Below are positions 1 to 8,689 of a DNA stretch of 64,000 nucleotides, in pieces. A program made the position numbers and the translations under genes. The first letter of the stretch is position 1. Each line of letters starts with the position of its first letter. The notes under the pieces are model-generated. The model saw nothing but the letters and a program-made list of their open reading frames with translations. It was not told the origin of the DNA and did no database searches. This stretch comes from an uncultured Gammaproteobacteria bacterium (GTDB taxonomy: Bacteria; Patescibacteriota; Microgenomatia; UBA8517). The DNA is taken from positions 104,009-168,008 of the forward strand of contig CAZWNZ010000002.1 of NCBI GenBank assembly GCA_964635715.1. The letters are read 5' to 3'.

Positions 1-1
1 T

Positions 2-388
2 GGGAATGGCCAGTTCAGTTTTAACATCTCTCTTGAAAACGGTGTAAATACTTTTGCAGCAATTGCAATTGACCAATCGGGAAACCAAAGCCAAAAAACA
101 AACGATTATCAAATTACTTTTGACAATAAAATGCCGGATATGGAAATAGTTTCCCCTAACGACGGTTCAAGTTTTTTTGGATCTACACAAAGACAGGTAA
201 CAATAGAGGGAACTACAGAAGTAGAAGCGTCCGTTACAATAAATGGCAGAATTATATCTGTAGAGGATGATGGATCATTTCAATACACAACTACTCTATC
301 TGATGGATCAAATACTTTTAACATTAAGGCGTTTGATCAGGCGGGAAATCTTACCGAAAAAAATATTGTCTTCAACTTCAGTCCTTAA
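2..388 (+). CDS. Bacterial Ig-like repeat protein, C-terminal part (5' truncated by window edge)
   Basis: Frame is open from base 2 (GNGQFSFNISLENGVNTFAAIAIDQSGNQS...). Two Ig-like repeats of the G.F...L..G.N.F...A.DQ.GN type. Confidence 0.75.
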   Translation, partial: GNGQFSFNISLENGVNTFAAIAIDQSGNQSQKTNDYQITFDNKMPDMEIVSPNDGSSFFGSTQRQVTIEGTTEVEASVTINGRIISVEDDGSFQYTTTLSDGSNTFNIKAFDQAGNLTEKNIVFNFSP

Positions 389-1580
389 TTGAAATTGCAA
401 TAAGAATAATAATATAACCCATTATCCAAGGGTAGAATAATGAATTGGAAAACAAACTATGAACAAATAGTGCCGCGAAAGAAGAAATTAGAATCGGTAT
501 GTTGAATCCTCCCTTTAACGAGCTAAGTATATTAAATATGCTCCCCAAAAAAATCAGTAAACCTACAACACCCGTTGTTGCCAAAATCAGGAGCAAACTC
601 GAGTCTGATCCCGAACAGGCATGAGAGGCAAATAACTCATCACCAATGAACTTGTTCCTAGCCACACACATATTATTAAATCCCACGCCAAAAATTGGAA
701 ATCTTTTTGAAATTTCCAGTGTCTCGGCATAATTGGTAAATTTCGCCTTTATGCTAAAAACCCTTGTCAGTTCGATACTTTGGTTTTTCGAGGTCGGTAA
801 AAGCATGGCAATTACGGCCAAACCGACTATCCATAATAATATCTTTTTAATTTTCTTTTTAGTAATGGCTATTACCGAAAGCCCTGCAAATAAAGCCAGG
901 TAGCTTGCCCGGGAGTAAGTAAAAGCCAACGACACAAGCATGAATAGCATAAGAATCAAATATTTTTTGTTCATCTGCCCATCGAGATAGCGATACATCA
1001 AAATCAACAACCCAAAGACTATTATCAATCCTAAAAATGTTGGGTCCAAAAATGTTCCGGCAATACGGTATAAATGCATATCCCAACCTATGTAGTGAAG
1101 TGGTTTGAGATCGGGGACTGTAAAATACTGAATCCAACCGAAGATGGCTGAAATAGCTGAAACGGTAGTAAGTCCATCAAATAAAAGTTTTTTGTTTGTC
1201 AAATTTTTTCCGGCAAAATTCCAGACATAATTCAAATAAAATACGTAAGCAGAAATTCTTATCAGGTAAAACAAACCATAAACAACTTCTTTTTCAAATA
1301 CAAAGATCGATAAGATAAAGGAGAACAAAGCTATTGCCAAAAAACAAACAAGGTATTTAGAAACAGCCGGTTTTTTCTTTTGGTAAAAAATTGAATATAA
1401 AGCTCCCAGGGCAACAACAATATCTAAAGGGGTTAATGGAATAGTAAGACTGGCTATATTTAAATTCACACGAAAAATTTGCCCGAATGGAAAAATCACG
1501 AAAAACAAAAAAAGAAACAGACTCTGTGGCGAAATGATGTTTTTAAAATTTATTTTTCTAGTTCCCATTGTTTTGTCCAC
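378..1580 (-). CDS. O-antigen ligase/Wzy-like polymerase
   Basis: Polytopic membrane protein with RIAGTFLDPTFLG, TYSRAS and PIFGVGFN motifs, in a glycan locus. Confidence 0.8.
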   Translation of the reverse strand: MDKTMGTRKINFKNIISPQSLFLFLFFVIFPFGQIFRVNLNIASLTIPLTPLDIVVALGALYSIFYQKKKPAVSKYLVCFLAIALFSFILSIFVFEKEVVYGLFYLIRISAYVFYLNYVWNFAGKNLTNKKLLFDGLTTVSAISAIFGWIQYFTVPDLKPLHYIGWDMHLYRIAGTFLDPTFLGLIIVFGLLILMYRYLDGQMNKKYLILMLFMLVSLAFTYSRASYLALFAGLSVIAITKKKIKKILLWIVGLAVIAMLLPTSKNQSIELTRVFSIKAKFTNYAETLEISKRFPIFGVGFNNMCVARNKFIGDELFASHACSGSDSSLLLILATTGVVGLLIFLGSIFNILSSLKGGFNIPILISSFAALFVHSLFSNSLFYPWIMGYIIILIAISIKD

Positions 1581-2155
1581 CCTAAAAACGAGTGAAACGA
1601 TTGTAACATGCTAAATACAAATCCGCGTCCGGAAAAAATATTCTGAAGAAATTTTGCCGTAGGATATAAAACTATTTTCAGAATAGTTACGTTTTTCCCC
1701 TCTTTTCTATTTTCTCTGGCGTGGATCTCCGAATAATTATTGATTTTATCAATATATGAATGCAAATCGTTTGCCGTATTATGAATGATGAAATTATTTA
1801 ATGAGCCAGTATTTGTTCCCACATCCCAAACCTCATGAACGGCCCTTTTCCACTTCCCTGCATCACGTTTTCCCAATCTTAAAACACGATCCTCTCCGAT
1901 ACATTTTTCAAGAAAATATATTTTTCTTTTTATGTAAAAACCGTCAAATTTCGGCTTTTTGGATAGTGTTAAATTAATTTCATCGGATAATTCCGGTGTG
2001 GTTTTTTCATCAGTATCGAGGAAAAACACCCACTTGGATTTTGCTTTAGCAAGAAGCATATTTCTTTCCGCCGCAAAATCGGTGATTCCGGGTTTTTTAA
2101 GCGTTATTATTTCAAAATTATTCATTTTTTTCATAATAGACATCCCCCGCATCAT
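1550..2155 (-). CDS. GT2 glycosyltransferase, apparently lacking its N-terminal part (true start probably 2134 or 2125)
   Basis: DFAAERN...WVFFLDTDE (DxD) and AVHE motifs of beta-1,4-glucosyltransferase-like GT2 enzymes. Confidence 0.7.
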   Translation of the reverse strand: MMRGMSIMKKMNNFEIITLKKPGITDFAAERNMLLAKAKSKWVFFLDTDEKTTPELSDEINLTLSKKPKFDGFYIKRKIYFLEKCIGEDRVLRLGKRDAGKWKRAVHEVWDVGTNTGSLNNFIIHNTANDLHSYIDKINNYSEIHARENRKEGKNVTILKIVLYPTAKFLQNIFSGRGFVFSMLQSFHSFLGWTKQWELEK

Positions 2156-3473
2156 AAATTGTATATTTTAAATCTGCAGTTGAATCCAACCTACCCCCTG
2201 CTTTTAAAACCAAAAACTGATAATTCTGGGCATAATTTTCCGGAAAATAGTCGAAAGGTCCCACTCTGTTCAAATCAAACACTTTTCCTGAGGCATCATT
2301 TACAATCTTGCCGATAACTTCTTCCTGAATAGAAAGAGGAACATAATCGGTATCAGTGGAATGTTCCTTACCAAAACTTAAAAGCACCATCGGCACCATT
2401 AAAGTATAGATAAGAATTGTAAAAATTTTAGTTGATTTCTTCTGCCAAAATTTAGAAGTAAAATACGAAAAAAGAAGGCCGAAGTTTAAAAAAATTGGGA
2501 AAAAATAATGCAAAGGCGGAGAAGTGTGAATAAATAGCGAAATACATTGGGCAAGAGTTGAGCTAATCAGGTAGAAAGTAAAAAAATCCTTACTAAAGAA
2601 TTTTCTCCTTTTAACGAAGAAGTAAATAAATAAACATAGGAATATGAAGCTCCCGATTATCCAAAAACGATTATCCGTAAACAAATTTCGTCCGAAAAAT
2701 TCATTAAACACTTTAAGGGTGTCCATTAAATTTGAGGAATTTATGTTATTTTTTGGGTAGAATCCGGCAAACCCCAAAATACGGTATGGAATCCATAACA
2801 TAAAATTTTTGACCATGGAAAATCCACTTTGAGCATCATAAACAAAAATGGTTATGTTGGGAATAATTACGCCCGCAAGAAATAAAAGATAGTTTTTCAC
2901 CCGAAGCTTTTTTCTTTTTATAAAAAAGGCCAAAAGTAATACAATGAAAAGAGGCAAATGACTGAAGTGAAAACTGAATAGTGCTCCAAAGGATATTCCC
3001 AACCAAAACATCCATTTATATTTTCCGTTCCAAATTTTGAATAAGGAATAAATTAAAACGGGTGTCAAAATAAAGAAAAAGACATGAAGTTTGGAAAGTC
3101 TGGTTGCCCAAATCCAAAGGGGCGAAAGAGAGATGAAAAACGATAAAATTATTGCAAATTTTTTGTCAACTATTTCTTTGAAAACAAAATATGTTATCAA
3201 AATTCCGATAATTGAAACTGCAAGTGCCAGCCAAAACAAAATATAAGGTGACCAACCAAAAATTTTTGTAATAGGAATGAGAATCCAATAATAAATTGGA
3301 CCATAATTTAGCCATTCGTGAGAAGTCGTCAATCCAATTAAAGGAAAATTATTAGAATGTGTTAGTTGCCAAACATATAAAAGTTCTCTTCCTGATTCTC
3401 CCGGAAAATAATAATTATTCCAAATCTGGAAAACTCTTAAAAATATCCCGATAACAATTGAAATAACAATCAT
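2118..3473 (-). CDS. GT-C fold membrane glycosyltransferase (ArnT/PMT-like)
   Basis: About 11 TM helices; first loop ESGRE...PLIG...GPIYYW typical of GT-C proteins. Confidence 0.65.
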   Translation of the reverse strand: MIVISIVIGIFLRVFQIWNNYYFPGESGRELLYVWQLTHSNNFPLIGLTTSHEWLNYGPIYYWILIPITKIFGWSPYILFWLALAVSIIGILITYFVFKEIVDKKFAIILSFFISLSPLWIWATRLSKLHVFFFILTPVLIYSLFKIWNGKYKWMFWLGISFGALFSFHFSHLPLFIVLLLAFFIKRKKLRVKNYLLFLAGVIIPNITIFVYDAQSGFSMVKNFMLWIPYRILGFAGFYPKNNINSSNLMDTLKVFNEFFGRNLFTDNRFWIIGSFIFLCLFIYFFVKRRKFFSKDFFTFYLISSTLAQCISLFIHTSPPLHYFFPIFLNFGLLFSYFTSKFWQKKSTKIFTILIYTLMVPMVLLSFGKEHSTDTDYVPLSIQEEVIGKIVNDASGKVFDLNRVGPFDYFPENYAQNYQFLVLKAGGRLDSTADLKYTIYDAGDVYYEKNE

Positions 3474-4687
3474 TTAAATATCTTTCTGATGCCGTAAATA
3501 ACTACAGGCAAACTGCAAATAAAAGCGATTAAGGTCGAATACCCTGCTCCAATTATTCCGAACTTGGACACTAACGGGTAAATTGCAATTCCCATGCCGA
3601 TAATCCCCATCATCTCGGAATACATTACATATTTTTGAAGTTTTAAAGAGAAGAAGAGAGAATAACTGAAATTAAGAATCGATTTAAAAGCCCCAAATAT
3701 GGCCAATATTTTCAGTACCGGCTCAATTACCAGCCAATTTTCCCCAAGAAAAATCAAAATGATTGGTCTGGAAAAAAGAAGGATTGCGACAGCAAATAAT
3801 AATACCAGAACGCTAATTACTCCCAAAGTCTTTAGGAACGCACTTTTAAGCCTTTTTTTGTCTCCTCCAATCGCAACATATACGGGAAAAGTCACTTTGT
3901 TAAAAATATTTCCTATTTCGGAAACAGGTAAAGTTGAAATACTGTACGCCTGCTGGTAATAGCCGAGATTTGCCGTACCAAGAACTTTTCCAACCGTGAC
4001 GTTGTCGATATTTTGGAAGATGTAGCTAAAAATACCTGCACCAGTCACCCATTTTCCGTTATGGACGACTTCCAGAACTTTTTCTTTCTCAATAGAAAGT
4101 TTTGGTTTATTCCTGAACAATACAAAACTTAAAAACACTTCTGTTACTGCTGAAATTAACATACTAAAAAGCATTGATGATTCTGAGCGTGTGACAATCC
4201 CTAAGGCCACAGCCAGTGCTGCATCAACAAAATACAAAAAGCCGCGGTATAAAAACTCTTTTTTGAATTGCAAGTCCTTTTGATACGAAACCTCCATTGG
4301 ATTAATAAATCCACGGACAAAAGCCACCCCAGCCACAATATATAAAAGGTTCCGAATCTGAACGTCATTAAAAAAATGAATTACTAAGGGAGTACTGATA
4401 AGAATAACCAGAGTAATTAGAATGCCCCTGACTACTGATACGACCCAGGCAGAGTTTAGGTAGGGTCTTATATCGTCCTTTTTTTGGATCAAAAAAACAT
4501 TAATTCCTGTTTCCGTGAGAACTTCCAAAAATCCTAAAACTAAAAGCGCTATGCCGTAATTGCCAAATTGAGAGGGTAGAAGGAATCTGGCCAGAATAGC
4601 AATCTTTACCAATGCCAAACCCCGCATGGAGCCCCGAAGAAGGCTCATCCAGGAAACACCTCTTACAGCGTCTTTAAAGTAGCCCAT
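3470..4687 (-). CDS. wzx: Polysaccharide flippase (Wzx/WzxC-like)
   Basis: ILARFLLPSQFG, LGYYQQAY and ILIFLGENW motifs; about 12 TM helices. Confidence 0.85.
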   Translation of the reverse strand: MGYFKDAVRGVSWMSLLRGSMRGLALVKIAILARFLLPSQFGNYGIALLVLGFLEVLTETGINVFLIQKKDDIRPYLNSAWVVSVVRGILITLVILISTPLVIHFFNDVQIRNLLYIVAGVAFVRGFINPMEVSYQKDLQFKKEFLYRGFLYFVDAALAVALGIVTRSESSMLFSMLISAVTEVFLSFVLFRNKPKLSIEKEKVLEVVHNGKWVTGAGIFSYIFQNIDNVTVGKVLGTANLGYYQQAYSISTLPVSEIGNIFNKVTFPVYVAIGGDKKRLKSAFLKTLGVISVLVLLFAVAILLFSRPIILIFLGENWLVIEPVLKILAIFGAFKSILNFSYSLFFSLKLQKYVMYSEMMGIIGMGIAIYPLVSKFGIIGAGYSTLIAFICSLPVVIYGIRKIFK

Positions 4688-5629
4688 TTAGGCAATTATA
4701 CCCGATATGAACCCGCTCATCACTGCAAAATCAGAAGCAATTTGTACAACCGGCCCCCAGAGAGTAACTTTCCAATCATTAAACTCCATATATTCTTTCC
4801 GGAAAGCCCAAATTAAATAAGCAAACAAAATAAAAAACCATAATGCGAGTAGGGAAGTGTTAGCTAGTGAAAAAATAAAGAAACCCAGTAAGAATATATA
4901 CCTAGCCAATACCGATAGCGCCTTAATATTGTGCGACATAAGCTTATGGGTCGGGTGCCACCAAATTCCGTACTGTGCGTCCCATTTTGCATAGTCCTGA
5001 ATCTTCTTAAAAAATTCCCCAAAAGTTTTCGGCATCCCCCACTCCACAATTGCATTTTTCACGCGTGAATACTTTAATCCTAATTTCACAGCTTTATAAT
5101 TAAAGTCCGTATCTTCGGCAGAGTTAGTTTTACTTTCAGGGAATCCCCCAACAATCTCCCAAGCATTTTTTGTAAAAGCCATTGATCGTGTTGAAGGTAA
5201 AAAATTATGATTAAATTTTCTGGGAGTTACTCCCAAAAATGCACTCATAGCTTTTTGGCAAGGTTCCGAACCTTGCATGGTATAAAAACCGGCAACAATA
5301 TCCACGCGTCCTGTTTCAAAAGGCTTTGTGATATTTTTGAGCCAATTCGGATCCGCAATGCATCCGGCGTCCGTTATGGCAATAATTTCGTTCTCCGCTA
5401 AATCCACACTTATATTTCTCCCCCTGGACCTCGAACATTTTTCAAAAACAGTCTTAATATATGAATATTTTTTTTGGTAATGGCGAATAATTTCAGGAGT
5501 TTTATCGCTAGAGCCTCCGTCAACTATTACTATTTCATCCGCCTTTTTACTTTGACGGATAAGAGATTCCAATAATTTGGCGATATTATTATCTTCGTTA
5601 AAAGTCGTAATACAGATTGATGCTTTCAT
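4688..5629 (-). CDS. GT2 glycosyltransferase
   Basis: SICITTFNE, IVDGGSSDKT, ITDAGC and VGGFPE...AED motifs; C-terminal TM segments. Confidence 0.9.
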   Translation of the reverse strand: MKASICITTFNEDNNIAKLLESLIRQSKKADEIVIVDGGSSDKTPEIIRHYQKKYSYIKTVFEKCSRSRGRNISVDLAENEIIAITDAGCIADPNWLKNITKPFETGRVDIVAGFYTMQGSEPCQKAMSAFLGVTPRKFNHNFLPSTRSMAFTKNAWEIVGGFPESKTNSAEDTDFNYKAVKLGLKYSRVKNAIVEWGMPKTFGEFFKKIQDYAKWDAQYGIWWHPTHKLMSHNIKALSVLARYIFLLGFFIFSLANTSLLALWFFILFAYLIWAFRKEYMEFNDWKVTLWGPVVQIASDFAVMSGFISGIIA

Positions 5630-6817
5630 TTAAATTTTCTCTACTTTATCAAAAAACTTCTGATTAACAAAAACCAAATAAAAAACTGGAATCATTGCCA
5701 AAATCAGAAGTTTTGGGTGGTAATCTAGATTCATTAACGACCCGATTAGGCCCAGTAAAGTTAATATTCCAATCTTTTCTTCCCTATTTTTGAAAAGCAA
5801 AAACACTTCCAAAACAGTCACAATAATCAGAGGGTAAATATGACGCATATTGGAAACCAAAGATTCTGCCGGGAAGAAAAAAATAAAAGCGATAAATGTT
5901 AAAATCGCAAACCATGAAAGCTTTTTAAGTAAACTTGGGCTGTTTTTTTTGATTAATAAATAAATCGGAGCTGCCAAAGAAAAAGCCCAAATGATGAATT
6001 CGCTAATTATCGCACTTCCTACATTAAAAATATATTTTGGGTTTGCAATAATGTTTGCAACAATGCTCCAGTTGTCCGAGTTTACACTGTTATAAGTTGG
6101 ATCCCCTCTTAAAAAGAAAAATCCGACGGGATATAAAGGATTTCCGGTCAAAATATAATTTCGGATATACCAACTAAAACCGAATAACACCAGCGGGATT
6201 ACAAAAGCCGTTAATCTCAGAAAATTAATTTTTCTGAATATACTTTTGCCGAAAAATACAATAAGAAGTACCCAAAAAATAAGTCCTGAAGATTTCATCC
6301 CTACAAGCATTCCTGAGCAAAAACCTAAAGAAAGATAGTAGTTTAGTGCATCTTTCGGTTTCATCAGCAAATATAAAACGGCAGAAAAAAATACCGCCAG
6401 CCAGATATCAGAAACTTGTGTAAGCGGCCACCTTAAAACTGATTGAAGTGTGGAAATAGCCACTGCATAAAAAATAGACATTTCTTTTGACAGCCCAAAA
6501 ACTTCGGCAATCTTCTTAGAAAAAATGAAAAGTAAAACAAGAGCTAGAACATTAAATAAATTTAGTGGTATGTGAATAAGAACAAACAAAGAAAGTATTG
6601 CTTCAGCAGTCGCCGGAATAAAGCCGAGGCCGAGAGTTAGATTTGCAGGCAAAAAAGTAAGTTTTGCCAACTGTTTTGCAATTGGAATGTGGAAGATTAC
6701 ACTATCGCTTTCAAAAACTCCTTGAATACTGGTGGCTATTCCATAGTATATAAATTGGATAACCAATATGGCAAAAATCGCAAAAGCGATTTTGGAAAGT
6801 AGTTTAGTTTTTTTCAT
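5630..6817 (-). CDS. GT-C-like integral membrane protein
   Basis: DSVIFHIP loop, WYIRNYILTGNPLYP motif, many TM helices. Confidence 0.6.
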   Translation of the reverse strand: MKKTKLLSKIAFAIFAILVIQFIYYGIATSIQGVFESDSVIFHIPIAKQLAKLTFLPANLTLGLGFIPATAEAILSLFVLIHIPLNLFNVLALVLLFIFSKKIAEVFGLSKEMSIFYAVAISTLQSVLRWPLTQVSDIWLAVFFSAVLYLLMKPKDALNYYLSLGFCSGMLVGMKSSGLIFWVLLIVFFGKSIFRKINFLRLTAFVIPLVLFGFSWYIRNYILTGNPLYPVGFFFLRGDPTYNSVNSDNWSIVANIIANPKYIFNVGSAIISEFIIWAFSLAAPIYLLIKKNSPSLLKKLSWFAILTFIAFIFFFPAESLVSNMRHIYPLIIVTVLEVFLLFKNREEKIGILTLLGLIGSLMNLDYHPKLLILAMIPVFYLVFVNQKFFDKVEKI

Positions 6818-7892
6818 TTACTAACTGATTATACAATCGAATATATTTTTCAACCGATATATCCCAGTTAAATTTCTTCACATGTTTCGAAGCAGATAAA
6901 ACCAATCTATTTCGTATACTACTATTTTTAAGTAAACACATAATTCCGTTTGCAATCTCATTACAATTGTTTGGATCAACCAATAATGCCGATTTTCCGG
7001 ATATTTCAGGTATCGATGATGTGTTGGATGCAACCACGGGAGTGCCAAATGAAAACGCCTCAAGAACCGGAAAACCAAAACCTTCAATAACTGATGGATA
7101 GCAAACACATTTGGCATTTTTGATTAATGTTGCCAAGTTATTATCGCTAACATAACCGACAAAAATAACGGATTTTTGTAAATTTAAGCTTTTAGTCAAC
7201 TCAGATAATTTTTCTTTATATTTTGGGTTGTTTCCCGTAATAACTAATTTTAAATCTGGAAAATTTTTACTTACTATTGCAAATGATTTAATCAAACCGT
7301 CAATATTCTTTCTTATATCTAAACCTCCATTATTCAAAATATAATCGCCATAAATATTTTTTCCGGAAGGTTTTGGAAGTTTTATCAAACCGGAATATAT
7401 AACAGAAATCTTATTCTCACTTACACCTCTTTTTACCAGTAATTGCTTTGTATATTCACTAACAGTAATTATTCTGTCCGATTTATTGATTGAACTATTC
7501 AATCTAAATAAGTACATCTGTTTAGAAACTATGGGCAATTTTGAGTAGGAAAAATAATCTGTGACTTGAAGTGGAATTAAATCATGAATCGTCAATGCTG
7601 TTTTAACATTTGTCAGTAATGGAATACCCGCATTCCCGGGCGCGTGATATAAGTCAATTTTATATCTTCTCAAGGCCGTTGGTAATAAAATTTGCTCAAA
7701 AGTCAGCCTGTTTGATTTGGGAAGAACGATAGAAATAATATTTTTGCCTAATATTTTATATCTAGGTTTTTTTGAATAAAAAACAAAACACTCAATACCG
7801 GCATCGGAAAGTCCTAGAACAAGAGACTTTATATACTTTCCCACACCAACTAAATCCCCCTCCGCATATCTGCCGTCAAATCCAATTTTCAT
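6804..7892 (-). CDS. GT4 glycosyltransferase
   Basis: TIHDLIP, RKN and PSVIEGFGFPVLEA motifs. Confidence 0.92.
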   Translation of the reverse strand: MKIGFDGRYAEGDLVGVGKYIKSLVLGLSDAGIECFVFYSKKPRYKILGKNIISIVLPKSNRLTFEQILLPTALRRYKIDLYHAPGNAGIPLLTNVKTALTIHDLIPLQVTDYFSYSKLPIVSKQMYLFRLNSSINKSDRIITVSEYTKQLLVKRGVSENKISVIYSGLIKLPKPSGKNIYGDYILNNGGLDIRKNIDGLIKSFAIVSKNFPDLKLVITGNNPKYKEKLSELTKSLNLQKSVIFVGYVSDNNLATLIKNAKCVCYPSVIEGFGFPVLEAFSFGTPVVASNTSSIPEISGKSALLVDPNNCNEIANGIMCLLKNSSIRNRLVLSASKHVKKFNWDISVEKYIRLYNQLVNEKN

Positions 7893-8614
7893 TTTTTAAC
7901 TGCAACTATTATTATGTTATAACTACTTATGATACGAGTAGTTTTACATCTGTCATATAGGTAACGAATTATTTTTTGCAAATATTTAATAGGCGATTTT
8001 GTCAATATATTTTTAATATTTTTCTTATTAATAATTTTGTCAGGAAATATAACCTTTTCCAGTTGGTGTGGAAAAATTCCTCTATAAGAAATTTTAGCAG
8101 CCTCAAATCCACAATGTTCTATAATTTTTCTTAAACCCCTAGCGTCATAGCTTGTTTCCCAACCGCCATACCAAGATCCAAAATAATATTTAATTTTCTT
8201 GTACAAACTATACAAATTCCATTTATGAGGAACATCTACTATTAGATATCCACCCGTTTTTAATATTCTATAATTTTCATGTAACAACTCTTCAGGTTTT
8301 GTAAAATGTTCTAATAAACCCTGGTGGTAAACAAGATCAAACTCATTATCGTTAAAGGAAGTATTTCTGCCATCCTGACAATAAGTTTTAATTTTTTTGC
8401 TGTTTATAAGCCTTTTACAAGCTATTATGCTTGTATCTATACCATAACAATCAAACCCCATGTTTGAGAGAGTAATAATATCTCCCCCTGAACCAAAACC
8501 AACTTCCAGTATTTTCTTACCACGAGAGCATTGTGCAATAATACGAATTATTTCTGGATGAATATCCAAGGTATCATTTATTTTCCAATTTTTATCCCAA
8601 ATATTTCTCACCAC
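7889..8614 (-). CDS. Class I SAM-dependent methyltransferase
   Basis: ILEVGFGSG, FDLVYHQGLLEHF and RILKTGG motifs; heads the glycan operon. Confidence 0.88.
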   Translation of the reverse strand: MVRNIWDKNWKINDTLDIHPEIIRIIAQCSRGKKILEVGFGSGGDIITLSNMGFDCYGIDTSIIACKRLINSKKIKTYCQDGRNTSFNDNEFDLVYHQGLLEHFTKPEELLHENYRILKTGGYLIVDVPHKWNLYSLYKKIKYYFGSWYGGWETSYDARGLRKIIEHCGFEAAKISYRGIFPHQLEKVIFPDKIINKKNIKNILTKSPIKYLQKIIRYLYDRCKTTRIISSYNIIIVAVKK

Positions 8615-8689
8615 TGTTTATGATTATAGTCATATTTTACCACTTGACAATTAGTTCACATATTACGAAACTTAATTAGTTGTGGATAT

